NCBI GenBank assembly: GCA_016192455.1
Contig: JACPUC010000010.1
Location: 1 to 64,000, forward strand
Direction: 5' to 3'
From: Candidatus Tectimicrobiota bacterium
GTDB taxonomy: Bacteria > JACPUC01
Length of the DNA stretch: 64,000 nucleotides
A model generated the notes under the pieces. It made no database searches. It saw nothing but the letters and a program-made list of their open reading frames with translations, and had not been told where the DNA came from. Below, in pieces: positions 19,323 through 28,599 of this stretch; positions within the stretch are counted from its first letter, which is position 1; each line of letters starts with the position of its first letter. The position numbers and the translations under genes were made by a program.

Positions 19323-19352
19323 AAACCTGCGGGAAACCTGCGGGAAACCTGC
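19323..19352. repeat. 11-bp-period tandem repeat AAACCTGC(GGG) x3, possible regulator site
   Basis: AAACCTGC at 19323, 19334 and 19345, upstream of the gene starting at 19238. Confidence 0.6.
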
Positions 19353-19455
19353 CGCGACGCGACGCTCGCAGCCGCGAAGAGGGGGACGTTGCGCCGGCGT
19401 CACGATGGCTGAGCGGCGGGCGGCGCCTCTGCGCGGCGCCACCCGCGGCCGGTTG

Positions 19456-20379
19456 CTAGACGGTGCGAAGCCGCGGCGCCTGGGTGAGAGGAAGGTAGAT
19501 GCCCGCCTTGGCAATGCTGTACTTCACGAAGAAATCACCGATCACCGAGGTGAGGCCGAGGATGGCCAGCCCTCCCATCGACAGCGGCGACATCATCCCC
19601 AGGATGCCCATGGCGATCGGCGCCAGCAGGCCGACAACCAAGGTGCCCACGTAGAAGCTGATCGACACCCGCCCATTCAACAGCTCGTGCACCGACTGCC
19701 GGGCCACCGGGTTGGCGCCGGAGATGACGCCGAGATAGAAGAGGATCATCACCAGCGCCGAGGCGCCGATCCAGAGCTCGATGAGCTCCAGGTTGGCGGG
19801 GTGGAAGGTCGGCTGGAAGAGGGCGATGACCACCAGGAGCATGGCGACCCCCCCGCGCAACCCATAGGCGACGTAGAGCGCCGGCAGGATGGGAGAGTTC
19901 CAGAAGGGGATGCCTATCGAGGAGGAGTAGACGAACCCCTTGTAGAGGAGCATCATCACCGCCCCCGCCATGGCCACGACGTTGCCGGCCCAGCTCAACC
20001 AGGAGTTGGCGCCCCACGGCGCGCCCGCCACGACGTGCGGCAGGAGCGCGAAGAAGCCGCCGACGATGAAGAGGTTCAGGCCGATGAAGCCGCGGGCGAT
20101 CCAGGCGGTGCGCGCGTGCCACATGCGCCAGAAACGGCTCGGCCGGCCGAGGAAAAGGAGGTGGGCAAGGCCGCTGAGCAGGGCAAGGACGTAGGCCGCC
20201 AGGGCGCCGCCCACGAACTGGAAGGCCAGCGCAAAGACCCAGGTGCCCGCCGCCACGCCGGAGAGGAAATGGCCGATGATGAGCAGCAGCCCCTGCCGCT
20301 CGATCCATTCCCGCTGCGGGCGATACTGGGCCCGCAGGTCCTGCAAGAGTTGCTCGTAGCGCCCTCTCGTGCTGTCCAC
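19456..20379 (-). CDS. NrfD/PsrC/DmsC-type membrane anchor subunit
   Basis: HLLFLGRPSRFWR, WIARG, IPFWNSP, about 8 TM helices; GTG start after GGGGAG. Confidence 0.85.
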   Translation of the reverse strand: MDSTRGRYEQLLQDLRAQYRPQREWIERQGLLLIIGHFLSGVAAGTWVFALAFQFVGGALAAYVLALLSGLAHLLFLGRPSRFWRMWHARTAWIARGFIGLNLFIVGGFFALLPHVVAGAPWGANSWLSWAGNVVAMAGAVMMLLYKGFVYSSSIGIPFWNSPILPALYVAYGLRGGVAMLLVVIALFQPTFHPANLELIELWIGASALVMILFYLGVISGANPVARQSVHELLNGRVSISFYVGTLVVGLLAPIAMGILGMMSPLSMGGLAILGLTSVIGDFFVKYSIAKAGIYLPLTQAPRLRTV

Positions 20380-20661
20380 GATGATCTCCCCCTCTGCCGC
20401 TTGCCAGAAGCGGTTTGCTATCGATCTTTGCCCGCGGTGTGCCACCAACGCCGCCGCGCCTGTCGTGCTGGAGGAACGGCCCCCTTGGGGCGATGCCGCA
20501 TCCAAACCTGCGCGGGACCGGCATCCCACGTGGTCCACACTCCCAAGCTGGCGCGCAGGCGCGGGCGCCAGGGAAGAGTGGAGACCACGCCCGCGCGCCG
20601 CCCTGCCGCGGCGGAGAGAACTCTCCGGCTTGCCTGGCGCAGTTTGGCGCATTGCCGCCGA

Positions 20662-21270
20662 CTACGGTGGCAGGTAGTAAACGCTGGGTCCGGTGCCGAG
20701 TTCCGGGTGCAGCGTGTAGCCGCCGCGCTCCTTGATGAGGTGCGACACCTGGCTGCGCGGATCGTCGAGGTCGCCGAAGTAGCGCGCCACCGTCGGGCAG
20801 TTGGCCACGCAGGCCGGCTCCTTGCCCTGGGCCGTGCGCTCCCGACAGAAGTCGCACTTCATCACCACGCCTTCCTGGTGACGCTGCACGCGCATCTGCT
20901 CGTAGGGCGTGGCGCCGTTGTTCGGGAAGTAGTGGCGGTTCTCGTCGTTGAAGTAGCGCGCCCCGTACGGGCAGGCCATCATGCAGGCGCGGCAGCCGAC
21001 GCAGATGTCGGCGTCCACCGCGACCACCCCGTCGGCCTCCGACTTGGCGGTCGCGCCCGTCGGGCAGACCTCCTCGCAGGGCGGCTCCTCGCAATGGAAG
21101 CAGAGGACCGGCAGGAAGATCATGCTGACGGTCGGGTAGGTGCCCTCCTCGTGCTTCAGGACCCGCGCGAAGAAGACTCCGGGCGGCGTTCCATGTTCAG
21201 CCTTGCAGGAGAGCTGGCAGCCGTAGCAGCCGATACACCGTTTCAGGTCTATGACCATTCCCCATCGCAT
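20662..21270 (-). CDS. Four-cluster 4Fe-4S subunit (DmsB/PsrB/PadC-like)
   Basis: MVIDLKRCIGCYGCQLSC, CFHCEEPPCEEVCP, CVGCRACMMACP, KCDFC...CVANCP. Confidence 0.95.
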   Translation of the reverse strand: MRWGMVIDLKRCIGCYGCQLSCKAEHGTPPGVFFARVLKHEEGTYPTVSMIFLPVLCFHCEEPPCEEVCPTGATAKSEADGVVAVDADICVGCRACMMACPYGARYFNDENRHYFPNNGATPYEQMRVQRHQEGVVMKCDFCRERTAQGKEPACVANCPTVARYFGDLDDPRSQVSHLIKERGGYTLHPELGTGPSVYYLPP

Positions 21271-23846
21271 CGCGTCACCCCCACTTTGACGCACAGGTCC
21301 AAATTCAGGTTGGCTGGGCTGCTATGCTCCATGTCAACCTCAAGGAGATCATTGATGAAGACCCCTTTGCCCTTGGCAATCGGCTGGGCCTCGGTCCAGT
21401 GGCCGGCGCAGGCGGCGATGCCCAACCCCTCCGGATGGATCGCCTCGGTCAGGTGGACCCGGCCGCGGATGCGCCGACCCTTCACCGATTCAATCCACAC
21501 CCAATCCCCATCCTTCAGGCCCTTGCGGCGGCCGGCTTCGCTGTGCATGGCAGCGGTGTAGGAGAAGGGATCGAGCTGGGCCGTCTCGTCCAACCATGGG
21601 TTCTCCATGGTGAAGCTGTTGGTATGGATGGCGTCGCGATAGTAGAAGGCGTAGAGGTCATGCTGCTCCGACGTCTCCTCATGGGAGACGCAGGGGAGGA
21701 AGCTCGGCAGCGGTGAGTAGTACTCGCGCGGGATGTGCCAGCCGCGCGGCTCCGCCAGGGCGTTCGCCTGCTCCCATGTGTCGATGAGAAACTCCCAGTA
21801 GATGGGCACGCGCACGTTCTCGAAGTGGCGCCAGTACACCTCCTCCGGTTTCTTCGGCCACTTTATGACGCCGTGCTGCTTGAACCACTCGAGGCCGTGT
21901 TCGGGGCCGAAGTTCGACTTCAACTCCATGTCGCAGATTTCCCGGTACGTGTAGCGCTTGTCGCGCTCCAGGCGAAACGGCGCCGCAAGCCGCATGGAGA
22001 CGTTGTACCCCTCGTTGAGGTCTTCACGGATGCCGATGCGGTCGGCCAGCTCAACGAGCAGCTCGGAGGACTCGCGGCGCTCCCCCGCGGCTTCCACCAC
22101 CGGCTGCTTCACCGGCCAGCACCACTCTCCCATGCCGCCCGGCAGATTGAAGATGAACGGGAAGTTCGGCCGCGAATCGTGCGCCTCCATGTAGCTGCAG
22201 TCGGGCAGCACGATGTCGGCGAACTCGGAGAACTCGGTGATGAAGAGATCGATGGAGATGATGAAGGGGATGCGCTTCAGGGTCTTCGCCACCGTCTCCG
22301 CGTTGCCGACGCTGAGAAGCGAGTTGCAGCCGAAGTTCAGGAGCACCTCCGGCCGGTAGGGGAGGTCGAAGCGCTGCCACATCTCTTCCTGATCGGAGGA
22401 GGCCATGAGGGGCGACATCATGGTCATCGGGTAGAGGTCGATGAGACTCATCGTTTCCGGCATGCGCGGCTCGTGCATGGGGTACGGCAGGTGCGGCGCC
22501 ATCCAGATGCCGGTGATCATCAGCCCGTCTTCGTCGGCGTAGGGGATGTAGTGCGGCCGGCCGGTCTCGGGGTGGCCGTGGCAGGAGGGGTTGAAGCCGA
22601 GGCACCCCCCCACCATGTCCGCCGAGCCGACGAGTTCGTTCAGGAGGTCCACGGCGAGGAAGTTGTAGACCGAGTTCTTGTGTCCCTGGGCGCCGCGGAA
22701 GGCGATGGCCGCCACCGGCCGGTACGGCAGGGTGCGCCCCTGCACCTCGATGGTGCTGCCGATGCGCGCCTCGCGCCCGAACTCCTGCCCGAGGCGGCGG
22801 ATGGTGGCGGCGGGCACGGTGCTGATCGACTCGCCCCACTCCGGCGTCAGCGGCTTGAGGTGGGCCTTGAGCCGCTCGAAGGCCGTCGGGCACTCGAGGC
22901 CGCTGACCGTGTGCACCCCTTCCAGGGCCATCTGCTCCGGCTCGACGGCGTCAAACGGCTTGGCGCTCTTCGTCTGGGTGTCCCAGACGAGCGGCTTGTT
23001 CGTCGCCGCGTCGCGCAGGTAGCGGCCGTCGGGGCCGGTCAGGTACGGGCCGTTCGTCTTCGCTTTCAGGTAGGGGGAGTCCCACAGGCGCAGCTCGTGC
23101 ACCAGGGTGTGGCACATGCCGAGGGCGATCGCCGCGTCGGTCCCGACGCGCAGCGGCACCCACTCGGTGGCCTTGGCGCCGGCGAAGTTGCAGATGGGGT
23201 CAACCACCACCATGTGCATGCCGCGCGCCCGGGCGTCGGCCGCCATGCCCATGTTGGAGCAGGAGGCATGGCCGGCGCTGTGGCCCTTCGAGGCGCCAAA
23301 GTAGACGGCGTAATTGCAATACTGGAAATCCGGCACCACCGACCAGGAAGCGTGCATGATGCCGCTGATGAGGTGGGCGCCGTTGCCGCAGTGCAGGCCG
23401 CCGCCGGCCACCCACGAGTTCGGCGTGCCGAAGGCCCAGCCGAAGACCTGCCAGGGGGTCCGGCTGGAGGTGTTCGTGGTGGTGCGCTGGATGAAGAGCT
23501 TGCGGGGATCATCCTGGCGCACGTGGCGCAGCTTCTCGCCGACGATGTCCAGCGCTTCGTCCCAGGAGATCTCCTCCCACTTCGGGTCGACCCCGATCCC
23601 CTTCTCCGGGTTCGTGCGGCGCAGCGGCTTGTTGAGGCGATGCGGGTCGTAGAGCGTCATGATGCCGCTGATGCCCTTGCCGCACAGCCGCCCCTTGCCC
23701 AAGACGCTCTCCGGGTTCCCTTCGATCTTCGTCAGAACACCGTCCACGCGGTGCCCCAGGATCGAGCAGGTGCCGTAGCACATGCTACAGGCCGAGGGAA
23801 TCCACACGTCCTCGGCCGCAACCGGCGCCTGAGCTGCTACCACCAT
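21249..23846 (-). CDS. Molybdopterin (bis-MGD) oxidoreductase catalytic subunit, copy A, no TAT leader
   Basis: CSMCYGTC...RLCGKG, ISWDEALD, GGGLHCGNGAH, ADIVLPD, C-terminal HTNS / GHW. Confidence 0.93.
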   Translation of the reverse strand: MVVAAQAPVAAEDVWIPSACSMCYGTCSILGHRVDGVLTKIEGNPESVLGKGRLCGKGISGIMTLYDPHRLNKPLRRTNPEKGIGVDPKWEEISWDEALDIVGEKLRHVRQDDPRKLFIQRTTTNTSSRTPWQVFGWAFGTPNSWVAGGGLHCGNGAHLISGIMHASWSVVPDFQYCNYAVYFGASKGHSAGHASCSNMGMAADARARGMHMVVVDPICNFAGAKATEWVPLRVGTDAAIALGMCHTLVHELRLWDSPYLKAKTNGPYLTGPDGRYLRDAATNKPLVWDTQTKSAKPFDAVEPEQMALEGVHTVSGLECPTAFERLKAHLKPLTPEWGESISTVPAATIRRLGQEFGREARIGSTIEVQGRTLPYRPVAAIAFRGAQGHKNSVYNFLAVDLLNELVGSADMVGGCLGFNPSCHGHPETGRPHYIPYADEDGLMITGIWMAPHLPYPMHEPRMPETMSLIDLYPMTMMSPLMASSDQEEMWQRFDLPYRPEVLLNFGCNSLLSVGNAETVAKTLKRIPFIISIDLFITEFSEFADIVLPDCSYMEAHDSRPNFPFIFNLPGGMGEWCWPVKQPVVEAAGERRESSELLVELADRIGIREDLNEGYNVSMRLAAPFRLERDKRYTYREICDMELKSNFGPEHGLEWFKQHGVIKWPKKPEEVYWRHFENVRVPIYWEFLIDTWEQANALAEPRGWHIPREYYSPLPSFLPCVSHEETSEQHDLYAFYYRDAIHTNSFTMENPWLDETAQLDPFSYTAAMHSEAGRRKGLKDGDWVWIESVKGRRIRGRVHLTEAIHPEGLGIAACAGHWTEAQPIAKGKGVFINDLLEVDMEHSSPANLNLDLCVKVGVTRCDGEWS

Positions 23847-23931
23847 GCCTTGTTTCCTCCTCCCTTGGGTGAGGCTTCGTTCCGCACCACCTGGACGTCT
23901 TCGGAGCGTGCCTCTCGGTGGTGTTGGAGAG

Positions 23932-24225
23932 CTAGCCCCCTTCCGCCGCCGGTAGGAGCATGAGACTCACTTCCGTCGGCAACCCATTGATTTGCAGCAC
24001 GGTATCGAGATCGGTCACCTCGGTCTCGTTCACGAAGATGCGCAGGTAGGTCTGCAAGGCCCTGGGGTTGCGCATGATGCGCTGCCGGAACTCCGGTCCG
24101 AAGCGCGCCTCCAGGGCGTCGAGGGCATCACGGAGATGCGCGGGCTCGGCCAGCTCGAGCTGCAGGTCGCGCGTGCCGGCCATGGCCCCCAGCATGCCGA
24201 AAAGCTTGATCGTCACGAGCGCCAC
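23932..24225 (-). CDS. MoaD/ThiS-like beta-grasp sulfur-carrier protein, copy A
   Basis: VTIKLFG, RIFVN, C-terminal PAAEGG. Confidence 0.88.
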   Translation of the reverse strand: MALVTIKLFGMLGAMAGTRDLQLELAEPAHLRDALDALEARFGPEFRQRIMRNPRALQTYLRIFVNETEVTDLDTVLQINGLPTEVSLMLLPAAEGG

Positions 24226-24289
24226 CGGCCTCTCCTCTCCTCTGGTGTGCTGTAATAGTTACTGATACTACTGTTTCAGCACGACGAAA

Positions 24290-24303
24290 TTGACGCCGGT
24301 CAA
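24290..24303. promoter_or_regulatory. Crp/Fnr-type palindrome TTGAC-N4-GTCAA upstream of unit A
   Basis: TTGACGCCGGTCAA in an AT-rich spacer; same motif upstream of unit B. Confidence 0.7.
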
Positions 24304-24375
24304 ACTCCACATAATTTTTTCTTTTTTCCGTTGGTTTATGTCTACGCCCCCTTCAGCCGCCGGCGTGCGCGCCGC

Positions 24376-27009
24376 TCACGCCTCCTCGCAGCGCCGCAGC
24401 CGCACCTTCACGCAGAGATCAAGGTTGAGGTTCACCGGGCTGGCGTGGTCCATGTCGATTTCCAGCAGTTGATTGAAAAAGACCCCCTTGCCCCGCGCCA
24501 CCGGCATGCCATCGGTCCAGTGGCCGGCGCAGCCGCCGATCCCCAGCCCTTCAGGATGCATCCCCTGCGTGAGGTGGACGCGCCCACGCACCCGCCGCCC
24601 TTTCACGGTCTCCATCCACACCCAGTCGCCGTCGTGCAGGCCTTTTTTCTTGCCGGTCTCGGCGTTCATGGCGATGTAGTACGAGTTCGGGTCGAGCTGC
24701 GCCGTCTCGTCCAGCCAGGCGTTCTCCTGCGTCAGGCTGTTGGTGTGGATGGTGTCGCGGTAGTAGAAGCCGTAGAGGTCGAACTGCTCATCGCTGCACT
24801 CGTGGCCGGGGCAGGGGAGCCAGGTGGGGAGGGGATCGTAGAACTCCTCCGGCAGGTGCAGGCCGCGCGGCTCGGCCAGCGCTCGCGCCTGATCGCCGAC
24901 GCGCTTCAGGTACTCCCAGTAGATCGGCACCCGCACCTCAACGAAGGGGCGCCAATAGACCTCCTGCGGCTTCTTCGGCCAGGAGAGAACGCCGTGCTCC
25001 TTGAACCACGCGAGATCGTGCCGCGGGCCGAAATTCGACTTCAGGTGCTGGTCGCAGACCTCGGCGAAGCTGTACTGCTGACTGCCCTTCAGGGTGAACG
25101 GCGGCTGCAGCTTCAGCAGGGCGTTCAAGGCCATGTTGATGTCTTCGCTGATGCCGACGCGCTCCGCCAGCTCGAGGAGCACCTGGTTCATCTGCCGGCG
25201 CTCGGCGACCGGCTCGATGAGCGGCTGCCGAACCGCCCAGCACCAGTCGCCCATGCCCCCCGGCAGGTTGAAGATGAAGGGGTAGTTGGGCTTCGAGTCC
25301 AACTGCTCGAGGTAGCTCATGTCGGGCAGGACGATGTCGGCCAGGTCGGAGAGCTCCGTCCTGAAGAGGTCGAAGGAGACGATGAACGGGATGCGCAGCA
25401 GGGTATTGATGACCGTTTCGCTGTTGCCGACGCTCATCACCGAGTTGCAGCCGATATTGATCATCACCTCCGGGCGGTAGGGGAGATCGAAGCGCTGCCA
25501 GCGCTCCTCCTGGTCCGCGGAGGCCATGAGGGGCGAGCTCATCCCCAGCGGGAAGAGCTCGTTGAAGCCCATCGACTTCGGCATGCGGGGGTACTCGAAG
25601 GGGTAGGGCAGGTGGGGGACCATCCAGCTCCCCGTCACCATGAGGCCGTCGGGGCCGGCGTAGGGGACGTAGGCGGGACGCTTTGTCTCCGGGTGGCCGT
25701 GGCAGACCGGGTTGAACCCGAGGCAGCCGCCGACCACGTCCGCCGCCCCGACGAGGTGGTTCAGGAGGTCGATCGCCAGGAAGTTGTAGACGGCGTTGCG
25801 GTGCCCCTCGGAGCCGCGGAAGGCGATCGCCGCCACCGGCCGGTACGGCAGCCGCACCCCGTCGATGACGATGGTGCTCCCCACCCGCGCCTCGCGCCCG
25901 AACTCCTGCCCCAGGCGGCGGATCGTCGCCGCCGGGATGGTGGTGATTGGTTCCGCCCACTCCGGCGTGTGCCGTGCCAGGTGTTCCTTCAGGCAGGCGA
26001 AGGCCGGCCGGCAGCGCACCCCCTGCGCCTCGTACTCCCCTTCCAGCGCCAGCTCGCCCAACGGCTCCTGCCCAAGCTTCTCGGCGTTGTACGGGCGCGC
26101 CCGCCCGGCCGTGGCATCCCACACCAGCGGCTCCTGGGTCTCGGCGTCGCGCACGTAGAGCTTGTCGGGGCCGATCAGGTAGGGCGCGTTCGTCTTGGAG
26201 GCCAGGTAGGGCGCGTCCCAGATGCCGAGCTCGTTGACGAGGACGTGCGCCATCGCCAGGGCCAGCGCCGCATCCGTGCCGACGCGGATCGGCACCCACT
26301 CGTTCGCCTTGGCGGCGGCGAAGTTGCACATCGGGTCCACCACCACCATCTTCATGCCGCGCACCCGCGCGTCCGCCGCCAGCCCCATGTTCGAGCAGGA
26401 GGCGTGCCCGGCGGCGTGCCCCTTCGAGGCGCCGAAGTAGACGGCGTACTGGCAGTGCTCGAAATCCGGCACGATGGACCACGAGGCGTGCATGATGCCG
26501 CTGATGAGATGGGCGCCGTTGCCGCAGTGCAGCCCGCCGCCGGCCACCCACTGGTTCATGGTGCCGAAGGCGTGGCAGAAGGCGTGGCAAATCGGCCCGA
26601 TGGTGGTGTTCGTGGTGGTGCGCTGCAGGAAAAGCTTGCGGGGGTCCTCGGCGCGCACCTTGCGCAGGCGCGCGGCGATCTCGTCGAGGGCCTCGTCCCA
26701 GGTGATCTCTTTCCAGCCGGGGTCGACGCCCACCCCCTTCTTCGGATTGGTGCGCCGCAGGGGGACGTTCACCCGGTTCGGGTCGTAAAGCGTCATGATG
26801 CCGCTGATGCCCTTGGCGCAGAGGCGTCCCTTGCCGATCTCGCTCGCCGGGTTGCCCTCAATCTTCGTCACCACGCCATTGACGCGATGGGCAAGGATCG
26901 AGCAGGTGCCGTAGCACATGCTGCAGGCGGAGGGGATCCAGCGATCCTCGCCGTTGGCCTCGTGGGCGCGCTCCGTCTCCGGAGTTTTCTGTTCAAACGC
27001 CTGGACCAT
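24376..27009 (-). CDS. Molybdopterin (bis-MGD) oxidoreductase catalytic subunit, copy B, no TAT leader
   Basis: Collinear paralog of 21249..23846 with long identical stretches such as WIPSACSMCYGTCSIL and WVAGGGLHCGNGAHLISGIMHASWS. Confidence 0.93.
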   Translation of the reverse strand: MVQAFEQKTPETERAHEANGEDRWIPSACSMCYGTCSILAHRVNGVVTKIEGNPASEIGKGRLCAKGISGIMTLYDPNRVNVPLRRTNPKKGVGVDPGWKEITWDEALDEIAARLRKVRAEDPRKLFLQRTTTNTTIGPICHAFCHAFGTMNQWVAGGGLHCGNGAHLISGIMHASWSIVPDFEHCQYAVYFGASKGHAAGHASCSNMGLAADARVRGMKMVVVDPMCNFAAAKANEWVPIRVGTDAALALAMAHVLVNELGIWDAPYLASKTNAPYLIGPDKLYVRDAETQEPLVWDATAGRARPYNAEKLGQEPLGELALEGEYEAQGVRCRPAFACLKEHLARHTPEWAEPITTIPAATIRRLGQEFGREARVGSTIVIDGVRLPYRPVAAIAFRGSEGHRNAVYNFLAIDLLNHLVGAADVVGGCLGFNPVCHGHPETKRPAYVPYAGPDGLMVTGSWMVPHLPYPFEYPRMPKSMGFNELFPLGMSSPLMASADQEERWQRFDLPYRPEVMINIGCNSVMSVGNSETVINTLLRIPFIVSFDLFRTELSDLADIVLPDMSYLEQLDSKPNYPFIFNLPGGMGDWCWAVRQPLIEPVAERRQMNQVLLELAERVGISEDINMALNALLKLQPPFTLKGSQQYSFAEVCDQHLKSNFGPRHDLAWFKEHGVLSWPKKPQEVYWRPFVEVRVPIYWEYLKRVGDQARALAEPRGLHLPEEFYDPLPTWLPCPGHECSDEQFDLYGFYYRDTIHTNSLTQENAWLDETAQLDPNSYYIAMNAETGKKKGLHDGDWVWMETVKGRRVRGRVHLTQGMHPEGLGIGGCAGHWTDGMPVARGKGVFFNQLLEIDMDHASPVNLNLDLCVKVRLRRCEEA

Positions 27010-27027
27010 GAAGAGACCCTCCTGCGA

Positions 27028-27408
27028 CTAGCCCCCTTCAACCGCCGACATCACCATGAGACCAACGCGGGCCTGCTCCTCCCCACGAGGTTTCGCGCTC
27101 GCCCTGTCGGCTGCGTGAGTACCCTCGCCATCATGGGAAATCGTGCCAACGTCGAGATGAGGCGGCAGCGAGGCGGTAAGCGGGGTATCAAGGTCGTCGA
27201 CGGGAACATCGTCAAGGAAAATGCGCACGTACGTCTGCAGCACGCCGGGCTGCCGGAAGATCGCTTCGCCGAACTTGGCGCCGAAGTGTTCTCCCAGAAC
27301 CTCGAAGAGGTCCCTCAGCCGCGCCCCCTCGGCAAGCTGCAGAGCAACGCTGCGCTCCCCCATCTGCAGACCAAGGATGCCGAACAGCTTCACCGTAACG
27401 TGAATCAA
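27028..27408 (-). CDS. MoaD/ThiS-like protein, copy B, with an internal insertion
   Basis: VTVKLFG, LQTYVRIF, DLDT, C-terminal SAVEGG; TTG start. Confidence 0.8.
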   Translation of the reverse strand: MIHVTVKLFGILGLQMGERSVALQLAEGARLRDLFEVLGEHFGAKFGEAIFRQPGVLQTYVRIFLDDVPVDDLDTPLTASLPPHLDVGTISHDGEGTHAADRASAKPRGEEQARVGLMVMSAVEGG

Positions 27409-27495
27409 AAGGCCCCCCGAGGCTGGCGGCTATGGAGATGAAGGCAGGCAGACCACGTTTCTTACACATGTTGCTAGATTTTCCACCGACTGTCC

Positions 27496-27509
27496 TTGAC
27501 GGTTGTCAA
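27496..27509. promoter_or_regulatory. Crp/Fnr-type palindrome TTGAC-N4-GTCAA upstream of unit B
   Basis: TTGACGGTTGTCAA in the divergent intergenic region. Confidence 0.7.
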
Positions 27510-27598
27510 GTTCTCGACAGGTTCTGTTGTTGCTGGAACTTCCGGGCAGAGCCGGCCCCCGGCGCGGCTCGGGGGCGCGGCGTCGGACGCCGCGGTTT

Positions 27599-27614
27599 TG
27601 GCACGCTTCTCGCA
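27599..27614 (+). promoter_or_regulatory. Sigma54 (-24/-12) promoter of the 2-oxoacid oxidoreductase operon
   Basis: TGGCACGCTTCTCGCA with GG-N10-GC spacing, about 35 nt before the ATG at 27649, which has an AAGGAG RBS. Confidence 0.7.
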
Positions 27615-27648
27615 CGCTCACTCCCCAGGGTGCATATTAAGGAGTGCC

Positions 27649-28599
27649 ATGATGCGCGTGCGCTTCCACGGTCGCGGCGGCCAGGGGATGAAGACGGCGA
27701 GTCGCATCCTCGGGTCGGCCGCTTTCCACGCCGGGCTGGTTGTGCAGGACTCGCCGGTGTACGGGGCGGAGCGTCGCGGCGCGCCGGTGGCGGCGTTCAC
27801 CCGCATCGCCAAGGCGGCGATCCGCGAGCGTGGCCTCATCGCCGCGCCCGATCTGATCGTGGTGGCCGACGAGACACTCCTCTTCGAGCCCACCGCCATG
27901 CCCCTCGCCGGCTGCTCCGCGCGCACGGTCGTCCTCATCAACACCGCCACCGATGCCGCCGCGCTGCAGGAGCGGCTCGCCCATCTCGGCCGTATCGAGA
28001 GCGCCGATTTCACCTCCCTCGTCTTCTCGATCACGCACACCCTGGTGGGGCTGAGCACCGCCCTCGGCGTGGCCGCGGCCGCCCTCGTCGGCTTGAGCCT
28101 CGAGGAGAGCCTCGCCGGCGTGGCGGAGGAGCTGGCGCACGCCACCCTCAGCCGCGCCGCCTACGAGGCGAACGAGCGCCTGGCGCAGGAGGCCTACGCC
28201 CTCGCCGACGCCTGGCGGGCGGTCCCCGAGCCGCTCGACGCCTCCCTCGCCCTGGCTGCCGAGGCGGCTCCTACGGCCCTCCTCGCGGCAGCGCCCGCCG
28301 GAGCTCCTGGAACGCAGCTCGTCGAGCTGCGCTTCGAGCCGCCGGCGCGCGCCACCCCAACCATCTGCGTCGCCAACACCCCGGAACGCAGTACCGGGAG
28401 CTGGCGTCAGTTCCGGCCGCTCCTGCAGCGCGACCTCTGCAACGCCTGCTGGACCTGCTTCGTCCTCTGCCCGGAAGGCGCCATCGCCCTCGACGAGCAC
28501 GAATTTCCGCTGATCGACTACGAGGTCTGCAAGGGCTGCCTGGTGTGCGTCCACGAGTGCCCGACGCACGCCTTCGCCACCGAGAAGGAGGTGCGATGA
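27649..28599 (+). CDS. 2-oxoacid:ferredoxin oxidoreductase gamma subunit fused to delta (ferredoxin) subunit
   Basis: RFHGRGGQG, YGAERRGAPV; C-terminal TGSWRQFRP, CNACWTCFVLCP, CKGCLVCVHECP. Confidence 0.92.
   Translation: MMRVRFHGRGGQGMKTASRILGSAAFHAGLVVQDSPVYGAERRGAPVAAFTRIAKAAIRERGLIAAPDLIVVADETLLFEPTAMPLAGCSARTVVLINTATDAAALQERLAHLGRIESADFTSLVFSITHTLVGLSTALGVAAAALVGLSLEESLAGVAEELAHATLSRAAYEANERLAQEAYALADAWRAVPEPLDASLALAAEAAPTALLAAAPAGAPGTQLVELRFEPPARATPTICVANTPERSTGSWRQFRPLLQRDLCNACWTCFVLCPEGAIALDEHEFPLIDYEVCKGCLVCVHECPTHAFATEKEVR

Noticed and set aside
20429-20444. Sigma54 promoter TGGCACACCGCGGGCA (minus) before the NrfD-type gene
   Set aside because: GG-N10-GC spacing fits, but the -12 element lacks the T residues and such matches arise by chance in GC-rich DNA.
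24331-27441. Long antisense or alternate-frame ORFs (this 1036-aa one, also 2339..4204, 9244..11199, 21735..23963, 49487..51811, 60714..62933)
   Set aside because: Shadow ORFs of well-supported genes in high-GC DNA, with no motifs of their own.
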